DNA of 64,000 nt from Candidatus Eiseniibacteriota bacterium (GCA_963725865.1 CAVSAC010000012.1:1312001-1376000), one strand, 5' to 3'; positions 10,568-23,530 are shown, numbered from the stretch's first letter. Translations and numbers: made by a program. The notes: a model not told the origin generated them from the letters alone.

Positions 10568-11865
10568 ATGAGCAGCCTTCGGAGGCGTTCGATTCCGGCG
10601 CGGGGCAGGTGGTGCGCGCTTGCCTCTCTCGCCATCGCGTTCGCGCTGGGGGCGGGCGCCCCGGCTTCCGCCAGCGTCCAGGTCGCCCCGTGGGCCGGCA
10701 ACATCGGCTTCGTCTCCTCCGAGTCCAAGGCGGGCGGCGTGACGGACCTGCAGACGTCGTCCCCGACCGGACCGGAGCCGTGGAGTGCGGCCATGCTGAG
10801 CCAAGCGCACAACGACACCACGAACGCGAGCGCGTTCGCCTACATGACGTTCGCGACGTCATTCAAGGACAGCATCTTCGCGGTCAGTTCCAGTGGCTTC
10901 GGGTCCGTGGACGGTCCCGCGGCCTCCAACACCGGCGGCGTGTTCATCTATGTGCTGTTCGTGGTCGATCGTACCCAGAACTACATCACCTACCCGACGT
11001 TTGCCTCCGGCAGCTTCGGATCCCGGATCACGTTCGCCTTCATCGCCAACTTGATGAGCCCGAGCCTCGAGATGCTCACGTTGATGCCCAGTCAGCCGAT
11101 TTCTTCGGGTCGGCTCGCACCGGGATTCTACGCCTATTTCTACACCTCCCACTACAAGGACGAGGCCATCAACGGTAACGCGGACGGCGCCAGCTCACAG
11201 ATCGCGTTCTTCGATGTACCGAATCCGCTGATCACCCAGCATCCGCAGAGTCAGACGGTTCCGGTGGGCGGCTCGGCCTCCTTTTCCGGTCGGCACGAGC
11301 GGGCTCGCCACCGCGAGCGCGCCCGACCCGCTCAGCATCGCGAGCGCTTCTGCCCCACTCAGCGCTGACGCTCGGTGGCGACGCAACCTCCAGAGATCTC
11401 ACGGACGGTGGACGAATCAGCGGCGCCACGACGAACAGTTGCAACATCACCGGAGTCGCGGTGGCGGACACGGGCGTCTACGACTGCGTCGCGACCCAGG
11501 GGACGATCCAGGAGCCGAGCAGCCTCGCCCGCCTCACGGTGACCGGACGAACGGGCGCGTCGACGGACACGCCGCGGCACGCGGACCTCGCACTGAGTGC
11601 GCCCGCGCCGAACCCGTTCGGTTCGCGCACGCTCGTGCGGTTCACGCTTCCCGGGGAATCCGACGTGACGCTCGACGTGCTGGACGTGGGTGGCCGGCGC
11701 GTGAGGTCGCTGGTTCTCGGCGAGCGGCATTCCGCCGGCACGCACGTCGTCGAGTGGGACGGTCGCAGCGATCGCGGCGAGCGCGTGCCCTCCGGCATGT
11801 ACTTCGTGCGCCTGCTCGCGGGCCCGGAGCAGCGGGTTCAGCGCGTCGTGCGGATCGCGCCGTAG
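10568..11865 (+). CDS. Secreted protein: unknown N-terminal domain + Ig (I-set-like) domain + FlgD-Ig tail; frameshifts at about 11290-11450
   Basis: Signal peptide; ITQHPQSQTV; ADTGVYDCVAT; PAPNPF...WDGRSDRGERVPSGMYFVRL. Confidence 0.75.
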
Positions 11866-11949
11866 GCTCGGCTGGCACGCCTCCCGCGCGCTCCCGCGAT
11901 GGAGCAGTCGACGAGGAACGCTCGCTGATCGACGCGCGGCATGCCGTCG

Positions 11950-13018
11950 TTACGCCGCTCCAGATTCGAGCGCTGACCGGTTGGGCACGAGCACGAGCTT
12001 GCCTATCACGCCTCCCTTTCGCGAGCAGCTCCTGCGCGCGTCTTGCCTCGGCAAGAGGAAAGCGCTGCGCGATGAGCGGCTTGAACTGTTGCCGTCGAAG
12101 GAGGTCGAGCAGGGCGATCAAGTCCTGCCGAAACCAAGCCGGCTTCAACCGTTTGAGCGTCTGGATGCTGTAGGGGACGATCCGTTTCCGGCCGGGGAGA
12201 AGCCAGCCGCCCGCGATGTACAACGCGTAGATGGGGATTCCATGAAGGCGATTGCGACGGCCTGTACGGTCCGAACCCAACCCCTCCCCACGAAGCGAGG
12301 TTGTATTGCCATAACCCACCACTCTCCCGCCCGGACGGAGAGCCTCGCGGGAATGCCAGAGGTGGGCGCCACCGATGGGGTCGAAGACGGCGTCCACGCC
12401 CTCGCTCGTGAGGCGGTGAACTTCCTTCACGTAGTCCTGATTCCGGTAGTCGATTGGGACACCGCCCAGGTCGGAAACGGCCGGCGCCCCTCGCGGTGAA
12501 CAGGTACCGTACATCTCCAGTTCGGCAAGGCGCCCCAACTGCAGGAGTGCCGTGCCGACCCCGCCCGACGCGCCGTGAAACAACACGCGCTGGCCCGGTT
12601 TGACCTTGGCGGAGCGATGCAGCATCTGATACGCCGTGATGTAGTTCAGAATGAGGCTGACGGCCTCGGCGGCGTCCAACCCGGATGGCACCGGAACCAA
12701 CTCGCGCTGCGGCAGGCAGACGAACTCCGCGTAGGCACCGTGGATCGGCAGTGCGGCAACTAGCTGGCCGGGTTTGATTCCAGAGACACCGTCGCCGAGC
12801 CGATCCACCACGCCAACCAGATCCCACCCCGGCGTGAAGGGGACCGGGGGCGTTTCGGGATGAACGCCCTCGCGCGCCATGACGTCGGGCAGCGAGACGC
12901 CTGCGGCCAGCACCCTGATCCGCACTTCACCTTCCGTCGGCTCGGGGCACTCTTCTTCAATCACCTGAAGTGCATCGGGTCCGCCGTAGTGGGTGACGAT
13001 GATACGCGTGTGTCTCAT
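11950..13018 (-). CDS. Medium-chain dehydrogenase/reductase; frameshift near 12015, restored end GGVIGKLVLVP...AA*
   Basis: GGPDAL, PFTPGWDLVG, FHGASGGVG, FPLAEARRAQELL. Confidence 0.85.
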
Positions 13019-13150
13019 GAGATCAGCATCCCGGTCAACATACGACCCAGCCGGCGGCCAAAGCCGCCGTGGTCCGAGGAATGGGGCCACCCCAGCGGTC
13101 CGCCGAGGGCCGGAATCCGTCAACAAGTGTGAGCCACTCGTATCGTGAGT

Positions 13151-13894
13151 CTACCGAGCAGCGGCCGCCTCACGGAAGAACATGGGCTGCCCGACCGCCA
13201 GTCGACCGATGCGAGTGACCGTGCCGTAGATGCCGGCGGTGTTCTGGTGCGCACGAACGACTGCCTTCAGGACTTCTGGCGCAGGACTTGCCGAATCGGG
13301 ATCAAAGTTCACGATCGAACAGCGAATGTCGCGCATCGTGACGGTGATGGCGGGTGCGTCGTCCCCCTCGCCGAATGACAGCACGCCGCCCACCCACTCG
13401 TCCTCCAGGAAGGGACCCTGCCGCAGCAAGCGAACCAGGACATTCGGGCGAAAGCGTCGCACGTCCGGGCTCCGCCCTGCGAGCCGTGAGATCTCGCGCA
13501 CCGTATCGAAGGCGATCACGGAGAGGCTCGCTTCATCGAAGCTGCCATGGTTCAGCTGCATCATCTGCACGGGGGCACCTAGCCGGCGTTCGACCTCCGC
13601 GGCCAACTCTTCCCCGAAGACAGGCAGCTCTTCGCCATCCGGGGTGCGTACATGCGTTGGAAGATCTCCCTGAGCACCATTGTCACCGCGGCGCGGAGCA
13701 AACAGGAGCAGTTCGGGAAGCTTGCTTGCCGACAGCCACGGGAACCCGCTGCGGTCATCCGTCTTTCGGAACGCCAGGCGCCTGTCACCCTCGAGGCCGT
13801 GCCAGCCCAGGTTGGCGACCTCGAGTCGTTCGCCGCTCATGGACTTCACGGGATACCGGAAGATCGCCTCCACATGTCCGATTTCTATACGCAT
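13151..13894 (-). CDS. MOSC domain protein
   Basis: IFRYPVKSMSGE, GDRRLA, DVRRFRPN, conserved RC. Confidence 0.9.
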   Translation of the reverse strand: MRIEIGHVEAIFRYPVKSMSGERLEVANLGWHGLEGDRRLAFRKTDDRSGFPWLSASKLPELLLFAPRRGDNGAQGDLPTHVRTPDGEELPVFGEELAAEVERRLGAPVQMMQLNHGSFDEASLSVIAFDTVREISRLAGRSPDVRRFRPNVLVRLLRQGPFLEDEWVGGVLSFGEGDDAPAITVTMRDIRCSIVNFDPDSASPAPEVLKAVVRAHQNTAGIYGTVTRIGRLAVGQPMFFREAAAAR

Positions 13895-13945
13895 GCTCGA
13901 TCGAGTCCTCCCCACTCACCGACGTGCCAGCGGTGCGGCGCCCCG

Positions 13946-14690
13946 CTACTCCCAGCGAAAGCCGCGCGCCGTGAGGGCCAGGCAGATCGCGATCGTCAGC
14001 GCGAGCGCCCCCACGTGCGGCAGCAGCCCGAGCCAGCCCGCGCCGACCCACGCGCCGCGAAGGAGCGCGACCGCGTGCGACATGGGCAGCACGCTGCCGA
14101 TCAGCGCCCACGGGCGAGGCATCGACGCAAGCGGCACGAACATACCCGAGACCGCCAGCATCGGGTAGAAGATCGCGCTGCCGATCAGCTGCGCGAATCT
14201 CGCGGTGCCCACCATGCTGGCGACGACGAAGCCCATGCACAGGATCGCCACCGTGCTCACGACCACCGCGAGCGCGAAGCCCGCGAAGTGCGCGTGGAGT
14301 GGCACCGGGTAGAAGCGCCGCCCCGCGAGGAGCCATGAGCAAGAGCGCGATCCCCGTGAAGACCAGCTTGACCAGCACGTGCGCCCCGAGGATGACCGCC
14401 GGCCGCAGCGGCGTGGCTCGCAGGCGCTTGAGGATGCCGCCCTCGCGGTAGATCGAGATGACCGCGATGAGCGAAAGCGCGGCGTTGATCGAGATGAAGA
14501 TGGAGACGAAGAGGGGCAGGTCCTGCGCCAGGAACTGCGCCGTCCTTGCCGAGTGATCGGCGCCCGGGCTCACGGAGCGGCCGAGCACGAGGAACATGGC
14601 GAGCGGAATCACGACCGCCGCGACGAACCCGAGCGGTTCGCGCACGAAGATCCGGATCTCGAGCCAGGTGAGCTTGAAGAGTCCCCGCAT
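13946..14690 (-). CDS. ABC-2 type permease, frameshift near 14335
   Basis: YREGGILKRLRATPL; multiple TM helices across two frames. Confidence 0.82.
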
Positions 14691-14699
14691 GGTGGCCGC

Positions 14700-15689
14700 C
14701 TAGTCCCGGATGACGTGCCCGGTGAGCTTGAGGAACACGTCCTCGAGCGTCGGGAACACGGTGCGAAAGTCGCGGACGTTGAGGGCGTGGGCGGCGATGA
14801 AGCGAATGACCGCGGTGACGAAGTCGTCGCCCCGCCCCTGCACCGTGTACGTGGCGCCCTCGACGCGCACCGACCCGGCTCCTTCAATGCGCTCCAGTTC
14901 GCTCGCGAGGCCCTCGCGATCGCTCGAGAACACCACGCCGCGCTCGGGGCAGTGCTGGCGGACGAGGTCGGCGGGCGCGCCCATCTCGATGAGCCGCCCG
15001 TGCTCGATGATCGCCACACGATCGCAGAGCCGCTCGGCTTCTTCCATCAAGTGCGTGGTGAGAAAGACCGTCTTGCCGCGGCTGCGGATGCCGTTCACCA
15101 GGTCCCAGATGGCGCGCCGGGCCTGCGGGTCGAGCCCCGTGGTGAGCTCGTCGAGGAACACCACCTCGGGGTCGTTGATGAGCGCGAGCGCGATGAAGAG
15201 CCGCTGCTTCTGACCGCCCGAGAGGCTCATGAACGAGGCATTGCGCTTTGCGGTCAGTCCGAGCTGCTCGAGCAGGGCGCGACCGTCGACCGTGTGCGGG
15301 TAGAGCGCCGCCCAGAGATCGAGCGCTTCCCAGACGCGGATGCGCTTCTGTAGCTGCGCCTGCTGGAGCTGGACGCCGATGCGCTCTTGCAGCGCGCTGG
15401 CGTCACGGGCGGGATCGAGGCCGAGCACCGTGGTGCGCCCTGCGTCGGCCTTGCGAACGCCCTCGACACATTCCATGGTCGTGGTCTTGCCGGCGCCATT
15501 GGGCCCGATGAGCCCGAAGATCTCGCCCTCGAACACCTCGAAGGAGACGTCATCGACCGCGACGGTGGAGCCGTACAGCTTGCGCAGGTGGGCCACCTCG
15601 ATGACGCGCCGCCCGGAGACGCCGGCAGACGGTCGCGACGGCGGCGAATTGCCGACGGTGGGCGCCGGCGGAGGCTCGAGGGGGGGCAT
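14700..15689 (-). CDS. ABC transporter ATP-binding protein
   Basis: GPNGAGKTT, LSGGQKQR, FLDELTTGLDP, TTH. Confidence 0.93.
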   Translation of the reverse strand: MPPLEPPPAPTVGNSPPSRPSAGVSGRRVIEVAHLRKLYGSTVAVDDVSFEVFEGEIFGLIGPNGAGKTTTMECVEGVRKADAGRTTVLGLDPARDASALQERIGVQLQQAQLQKRIRVWEALDLWAALYPHTVDGRALLEQLGLTAKRNASFMSLSGGQKQRLFIALALINDPEVVFLDELTTGLDPQARRAIWDLVNGIRSRGKTVFLTTHLMEEAERLCDRVAIIEHGRLIEMGAPADLVRQHCPERGVVFSSDREGLASELERIEGAGSVRVEGATYTVQGRGDDFVTAVIRFIAAHALNVRDFRTVFPTLEDVFLKLTGHVIRD

Positions 15690-15848
15690 GGGCGCGGACC
15701 ATAGCGTCACTCCGCGGCCAGCCCAAGAGCGTATTGCGGCGGGCAGGGGGACTCCCGGCGTCGGTTGCGGGGTGATGTCCCTGCCGGATCGCGTCGGCTC
15801 GGGCACGTCCACGCGAGCGCGTTCCAGGACCGCACCCGCCGCCGCGGC

Positions 15849-16406
15849 TCAGATCGAGGGCGGAGCGATTCCGAGCATGCGCAGGTAGGTGTTCAATTGC
15901 GCGCGGTGGTGGATCTCGTGCTCCTGCACGTGGTCGAGGATCCAGTGCAGCGTGTACGTGCGCACGCTGCCGTCGGGCAGCGTGCGCGTGATGATCCGCC
16001 CCAGCTCCGACAGCGGTCGCTCGAGCCAGACCTGGGTCGGACGATGCCACTCCTCGAGCAGCCGCTGAAGAGCCGCGTGATCGGGCGCGTCGATGACGGT
16101 CCTCCATCCCTGCGACGGGTCCGGGAGCTCCGTGACCCACTCTTCGTGGGGATGGCCCTCGACGACCATGTGGATCCACGCGCGCTCGGCCTCGGCGATG
16201 TGCACGATGATCTGGTGCGCGGTGAGCATCGCCGGAGTCGGTTTGAAGTCGAAGTGCTCGCGCGGCAGCGCGTCGACCGCCATCCGAAGGTGCGGACGGT
16301 ACTGGGCGTCCCAGAACGGGAAGCACGACCGGATCGTGCCCGCAAAGTCCGCCGCCGAGAGCTTGCGGCTCGCGGCGCGGATCTCGTCGGGCGATGGAGT
16401 CGACAT
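15849..16406 (-). CDS. DinB family protein
   Basis: HIAEAE and HEIHHRAQLNTYLRMLG. Confidence 0.85.
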   Translation of the reverse strand: MSTPSPDEIRAASRKLSAADFAGTIRSCFPFWDAQYRPHLRMAVDALPREHFDFKPTPAMLTAHQIIVHIAEAERAWIHMVVEGHPHEEWVTELPDPSQGWRTVIDAPDHAALQRLLEEWHRPTQVWLERPLSELGRIITRTLPDGSVRTYTLHWILDHVQEHEIHHRAQLNTYLRMLGIAPPSI

Positions 16407-16529
16407 GGGCGGATCCTCAGAGGGATGGGGGACCGGGTACGTCCGAGCGGCGTGCAGTCTAACATCCCGACTGCTCGCCGCTCGGTCACCGGCGGCCGAG
16501 TCCGACCGGCCCCCTCCCGCCGCCTGGCC

Positions 16530-17867
16530 TCACCGGACGTGCACCACGCGCACCGCCATTCGCCGTTGCCCCGTCGTGAGCATGGCCTCGTAGACGCCGG
16601 GCGGCAGGCGCCGAGCATCGAGCGACACGTCATGAGTACCCGCACCCCATGACCCGCGCACGGGCTCGGCGGCGCGTCGGCCGGTGACGTCGAACAGTTC
16701 GAGCGAGGCGCTCCCGGGCTGGGGCAGCTCGATGATGAACCGCAGGTCGTCCCCCGCCGGCTGCCGCCCCGCAAGGCGCAGTCGCATGCCGCTCGCTGCC
16801 GCGTCCGGCACCGAGGCGGTCGCGATCGAGCGGCGCCACAGGCCGTCGGTACGGCCGGCGTAGAGGTCGTTGCCGATCGCGGCCATCGAGATCACGAACA
16901 CCCCGGGCAGGTCGTCCAGCGGCTGCCAGGTCACGCCGTCGTCGTCGCTGGTCTCGATCTCGGCGGCGTTGAGGGCGTCGAACGCGCCGAACAACTGCCC
17001 CCCGCGGGTGGCGAACGCGCCGTGCCTGAGGACGCCGATGCCGAGGTCCGTCAGCGTCCACGGTTCCTCTCCCGCGACGCTGTGGAACACGCCCACCAGG
17101 GTGCTCACGAGCCACCCGTTCCCGGTGAAGAACACGGACTGCGCCTGGATTCCGGGGTGGAGTCCGACGTTGTCGAGCCAGGAGATGACCCATTCGGGCT
17201 CGCCCGAGTCTCGGTGGAACACCGATCCGTTGCCACCGGCGCCGGCGAGCAGGCGCGTCCCGCCGAGCGCGAGGGCGACGACGTTCGACGCCTGGTTGGG
17301 CTCGAACGCCTCGCCGAAGTGGCTCCAGGTTCCGCCGGCGGCGAGCTTGCGCACGTACACACCAGCACCGAACGTGGCGGCGTAGAGGCTGTCGCCACGC
17401 ACCAGCAGGGTGGAGACGTCGAGCTGGGAATCGAACAGACCTCCGGTCAGGCCCTCGTTGAAGGTCTGCCACGTGGCACCGAGGTCGTCGCTCTCGAACA
17501 CGCCCTGGCCCGCCGTGCCTGCATAGAGTCGGCCGTTGTGCACCGTCGCGGTCATCATGAGCCCCGCGCCGCCGGCCACGCTCCGCGAGGGGTGCCAGGT
17601 CGCGCCCGCGTCGAGGCTCACGAACACCGACGTGTCGGCGCACGCCAGCACGGTGTCGCCCTGGGTGCGGACCGTGAACACGTTCGACGCGGGCAACTGC
17701 GGGACGCGCGTCCATTGCGCCGCGGCGGGCGAGGCGAGTACGAGCAGGGCGAGCGCCGCGAGGGCGTGGCGCAACCTGAGCGCGAGCCGACGTGCGGCCG
17801 GACGCGGGTGGAGATCGTGTTCGGGCGTGAAGGCCGAACGGGGCCGGCAAGTCGATTGCGGGTTCAT
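16530..17867 (-). CDS. Secreted BNR/Asp-box beta-propeller protein with T9SS-like C-terminal tail
   Basis: Signal peptide ending AAA-QW; SxDxGxTW Asp-boxes; LELFDVTGRR...PPGVY...VVHVR. Confidence 0.8.
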   Translation of the reverse strand: MNPQSTCRPRSAFTPEHDLHPRPAARRLALRLRHALAALALLVLASPAAAQWTRVPQLPASNVFTVRTQGDTVLACADTSVFVSLDAGATWHPSRSVAGGAGLMMTATVHNGRLYAGTAGQGVFESDDLGATWQTFNEGLTGGLFDSQLDVSTLLVRGDSLYAATFGAGVYVRKLAAGGTWSHFGEAFEPNQASNVVALALGGTRLLAGAGGNGSVFHRDSGEPEWVISWLDNVGLHPGIQAQSVFFTGNGWLVSTLVGVFHSVAGEEPWTLTDLGIGVLRHGAFATRGGQLFGAFDALNAAEIETSDDDGVTWQPLDDLPGVFVISMAAIGNDLYAGRTDGLWRRSIATASVPDAAASGMRLRLAGRQPAGDDLRFIIELPQPGSASLELFDVTGRRAAEPVRGSWGAGTHDVSLDARRLPPGVYEAMLTTGQRRMAVRVVHVR

Positions 17868-17980
17868 GCGACTCCTCGGGTCGGCGGCCGGGCAGGGTCC
17901 GGGTCCGCCGAAGCTGGGCGTTGGATCGTGAGGTCCGCGTCGGGGGGGGGCGCGGCCGGCTGAGGCGGCGTCGGCTTAGA

Positions 17981-18064
17981 TACGATACGGATCGTAGCGA
18001 TTCAGCCGATTTCACGCCGGGCGCACGTGTTCGCTTGCATACGACACGCCCCGTAGCGTAATGT
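17981..18064. promoter_or_regulatory. Two candidate TetR operators (TACGATACGGATCGTA 17981-17996; TACGACACGCCCCGTA 18040-18055) and promoter TTGCAT-N18-TAATGT
   Basis: First site is a 6-4-6 inverted repeat; second is a degenerate copy between the -35 and -10 of tetR. Confidence 0.6.
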
Positions 18065-18071
18065 GCACGTC

Positions 18072-18704
18072 ATGTCGTCGCCGGCCTCATCGTCCGCCGC
18101 TCCTCAGCGACCGGGGCGCCCGCGCAGCCAGCAGGCGCGCCGCGCGGTGCTCGCGGCGGCGCGTGCGCTCGTCACCAGGTCGGGCTACCCGGCCGCGACG
18201 ATCGAAGCCATCGCGGCACGCTCGGGCGTTGCCAAGACCACGATCTACCGCTGGTGGCCCGATCGACCGGCGCTGCTCGTCGACCTGCTGGCCGAGATCA
18301 GCGAGGAGGAAGTGCCGCCGGGGCTGGCCGGCGACCCGATGGCGGCGCTCTGGACGGAGATGCGCCTGATCGCGAGCGTCGGGGACAAGCTCCTCGGGCG
18401 GCTCTTCAGCTCGCTGCTCGCGGAGGCGCAGCACGACCGCGTCGTGCGCGCGGCGCTGGTCGAGCGGTTGTTCAACCCGCGCCGCGAGGCGATGGCCACC
18501 GTCGTGCGGCGGGCGCAGACGTCAGGTGCGATCCGCGGTGACGTGCCCGCGCCCCTCGTCGTGGAACTGCTCGTGGCCCCGCTGTTCGTGCGCATGTTCG
18601 TGCGGCACGAGCCGCTGACTCCGCGCTTCGCCAAGCAGGTCTTCGACGAGGTGCGCGAGGGGCTGGCCCCGCACGCGCGGGCACGCAGCGCCCGGCGGCG
18701 CTGA
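18072..18704 (+). CDS. TetR/AcrR family regulator
   Basis: GRPRS...TIEAIAARSGVAKTTIYRWW HTH. Confidence 0.93.
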   Translation: MSSPASSSAAPQRPGRPRSQQARRAVLAAARALVTRSGYPAATIEAIAARSGVAKTTIYRWWPDRPALLVDLLAEISEEEVPPGLAGDPMAALWTEMRLIASVGDKLLGRLFSSLLAEAQHDRVVRAALVERLFNPRREAMATVVRRAQTSGAIRGDVPAPLVVELLVAPLFVRMFVRHEPLTPRFAKQVFDEVREGLAPHARARSARRR

Positions 18705-18737
18705 CCGCCGCGAGGACGGGAGCCCGCGGGACCTCTC

Positions 18738-18900
18738 CTACCGCACCAGCACGACGCTCCGGCTCGCGTGGCCGCCCGCCGTCGTCAGTCGCAGCCAGTG
18801 GAGTCCTGGCCGCACCGCGCGCCCCCGCGTCATCGTGCCCGTTCCACGCGATTCGGTGCGTGCCGGCGGCAGCAGTGTGGCGCGTGCGGGTCCGGCCTGC
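18738..18900 (-). pseudogene. Orphan C-terminal FlgD-Ig tail fragment
   Basis: AAGTHRIAWNGHDDAG in one frame and VRPGLHWLRLTTAGGHASRSVVLVR* in another; no upstream gene body. Confidence 0.65.
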
Positions 18901-18976
18901 GTCGGGACCGAGACCGTGCCCCACGGCGACGGAAGCCAGTGATCGAGATTGGCGATCGAGCAATTGCCGGCCGGGC

Positions 18977-19204
18977 TCATCCCCACTCCAGCATCTCGTG
19001 AACGTCGCCATCCTGGAACCAGGCGCGCACCTGACCGGCGGCCGCCGCGCCGCCCTGATGCTCGCGGAACGGCCTCTGGCTCGGCAGGACGGCACGAAAC
19101 ACCGCGTTGGGCGCGAAGCAACGCTCGAGGCTCTCCCAGTCGCGCTCGGCGATCGCGCGAAGGAATCGGTGGCCGAGGGAAGGATCCGGAGGAACTTCGA
19201 TCAT
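18977..19204 (-). pseudogene. SnoaL/NTF2-like protein, C-terminally truncated
   Basis: RFLRAIAERDWESLERCFAPNAVFRA; only 75 aa. Confidence 0.55.
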
Positions 19205-19218
19205 CGTGTCCCTCGTGC

Positions 19219-19866
19219 TCAGGGATGTCGCGCTGGCGGCGGTCCCGCCGGTGCGACGTCCTTCCCCGCCGCGGGTGCGCTTTCCGAGGCGGAAGGGCGT
19301 TCGCCGACCCGTGTCGCGGGCGCCTCTTCCTTACGTGTACGAGCGCGCTCGAGCGTGACGTAGGTCACCGTGTCCCAGGCGTTGTGGATCCCGATGAACA
19401 CCAGGAGCAGCGCCGAGCCGCCCACGACGTACAACGCATCGGCGGAGACCCGCCCGAGCCGAACCCCGGCCTGCACCAGGGCGGCGTACGCGAGCATCGG
19501 CAGAGCGGCGTGCCAGATCCAATCCTCCAGGACCGGCTTGTAGTCGCGCTGGCGCAGCGCCCGCCTCAGGACGACGACGGAATACACGAAGCCGCACACA
19601 CCAGCCACCGCGATGGCGAGGCCCGGAGGGCCGAGGCCGTGCCACGGGGCGCTGAAGATCGCGGACACCAGCAGGGCGGCGCAGAAGTGCACGACGTTCG
19701 GGCTGCCGAACGCGGCCATGGTCTCCCCGGTGCCGCGCATCATGCCCGCCTCGGTGATCAGCGTGAGCACCACGAATTGAAGCCCGATCAGTGCGCCGGC
19801 CGAGGACCCGACGATGACGTAGAAGCTCTCCCACGCCTGAGGTGTGAACGGCGCCATCTCAGTCAT
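19219..19866 (-). CDS. Conserved hypothetical multi-pass membrane protein
   Basis: WESFYVIVGSSAGALIGLQFVV...LLVFIGIHNAWD; ATGA-coupled to the GNAT gene. Confidence 0.75.
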   Translation of the reverse strand: MTEMAPFTPQAWESFYVIVGSSAGALIGLQFVVLTLITEAGMMRGTGETMAAFGSPNVVHFCAALLVSAIFSAPWHGLGPPGLAIAVAGVCGFVYSVVVLRRALRQRDYKPVLEDWIWHAALPMLAYAALVQAGVRLGRVSADALYVVGGSALLLVFIGIHNAWDTVTYVTLERARTRKEEAPATRVGERPSASESAPAAGKDVAPAGPPPARHP

Positions 19867-20357
19867 GGACTCGCGTCCCCCTGAGAGACTTGATCCAGCG
19901 TCATCTCGATCATCGTCGGCCGAAAACCGAGTGCGGTGAAGAGTTGCTGCGCATGCTCGTTGCGGGTCTTGGTCATCAGCACCACCTGCGATCGGCCCTT
20001 CGACCGGATCCAGGCGATGGCGGCGCTCATGAGCTCGCGCCCGGCTCCCAGGCGGCGCGCCGCTTCGTCGACATAGATGTCCTGAACGACCCCGCACGGC
20101 CCGCGGAGCTCCATCCAGTTCGTGGACTCGACCGCCGCAAAGACATACCCGATGACCGTTCCGGAGTGCTCGGCGACCATCACCACGCTGTCCGGGTTCG
20201 AGAGCTGGGAGACCAGGAACCGCCCGTAGCCAGCCTCGGGGTGGTCGACCTGGATGAATCGCGGGGGGTCGGCCGCGTGATGCAGTCGCATGAGCGCGCC
20301 GCCGAAGCGGCCGAGCTGCTCGTGGTCGGACGGGGTCGCCAGCCGGATCGTGATCAT
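19863..20357 (-). CDS. GNAT N-acetyltransferase
   Basis: IYVDEAARRLGAGRELM; NEHAQQLFTALGF. Confidence 0.88.
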   Translation of the reverse strand: MITIRLATPSDHEQLGRFGGALMRLHHAADPPRFIQVDHPEAGYGRFLVSQLSNPDSVVMVAEHSGTVIGYVFAAVESTNWMELRGPCGVVQDIYVDEAARRLGAGRELMSAAIAWIRSKGRSQVVLMTKTRNEHAQQLFTALGFRPTMIEMTLDQVSQGDASP

Positions 20358-20445
20358 GGGGGAAAGATACCGCGCGTTCGCCCCAGCGCACAGTCCGAGC
20401 GCAGGCGCGCGCGCAGCGTGCCGTGATGGCCCGCGAGGCAACGGC

Positions 20446-20496
20446 AGACGCTTCACCGAGGAGCAGATCATCGCGATCCTGAAGGAGGCGGAGGCC
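20446..20496 (+). mobile_element. IS3-family OrfA N-terminal remnant (RRFTEEQIIAILKEAEA)
   Basis: Matches the typical IS3/IS407 OrfA start; no rest of the transposase and no clear terminal repeat. Confidence 0.65.
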
Positions 20497-20555
20497 GCGC
20501 CGAGTGGCACGGCGGGCTCGTAGGGGCGCCCGAACTGCCGGGAATCAGCGCGGCG

Positions 20556-22844
<2,289 letters not shown>

Positions 22845-22960
22845 GCCAATCCACCTCACACCGACGGTCTTCAAGGTCTCGCGCGACGGGTTGCGCTCGA
22901 GGCGGTGCCGAGAGTCCAGCTCAGACCCTCACGATCGCCGCGGGGGTCACGCCCCCGCCC

Positions 22961-23530
22961 TCACCAGCGGCCGGACAGCCCCGCCTTGAAGAAGCCGTGC
23001 CAGCCGGCTCCGACCTCGAAGAACCCTCCCACGTCGCGCCCGACGCGGACGCCGACCGGGATGATGTGAAAGGCCAGCGTGTTCAGTGCGTCCTTGTCGG
23101 CCAGGTTCCCAAGGTCGTCGCTGAGCTGGGCGTAACCCAGCGCGAGTCCGGAGTAGAGCCGCACATTCGGGCGTCGCAGCCAGTGCGCGCGCCCGTCGGC
23201 CACCACTGTGATCAGCCGGCGCTCGACCTCGCCGTTGTCGGCGCCCCCGATGAACACGGTCCGCCGCGAGCCCGCCCAGGACGTGGTGACGCCGGCACTG
23301 GCCCACGAGTTGAAGTGGCGCTGGTAACCGGCGATGAACTGGACTCCGATCTTCTCGTCGCCATACCTCACCTGGCTCAGACTGAACACCGTGACCAGCA
23401 CTTCCTCGAACTCGAAGATGAGGCCGGCGTCGCCGACGCCGAGGAAGAACTCGTTCGGCCTCTCCGGGGGCTGCGCGGATGCGGAGGACGCGATCAGCAT
23501 CACCAGCGCGAGGGCGAAGAGTGGTCTCAT
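22961..23530 (-). CDS. Putative small outer-membrane beta-barrel protein
   Basis: Signal peptide, alternating hydrophobic strands, C-terminal aromatic residue (AGLSGRW). Confidence 0.6.
   Translation of the reverse strand: MRPLFALALVMLIASSASAQPPERPNEFFLGVGDAGLIFEFEEVLVTVFSLSQVRYGDEKIGVQFIAGYQRHFNSWASAGVTTSWAGSRRTVFIGGADNGEVERRLITVVADGRAHWLRRPNVRLYSGLALGYAQLSDDLGNLADKDALNTLAFHIIPVGVRVGRDVGGFFEVGAGWHGFFKAGLSGRW

Noticed and set aside
8777..20357. Integron cassette array (run of small co-oriented genes, some RYYYAAC/GTTRRRY hits)
   Set aside because: No integrase and no paired attC hairpins; the TCTAAC-like hits are better explained as -10 boxes or chance
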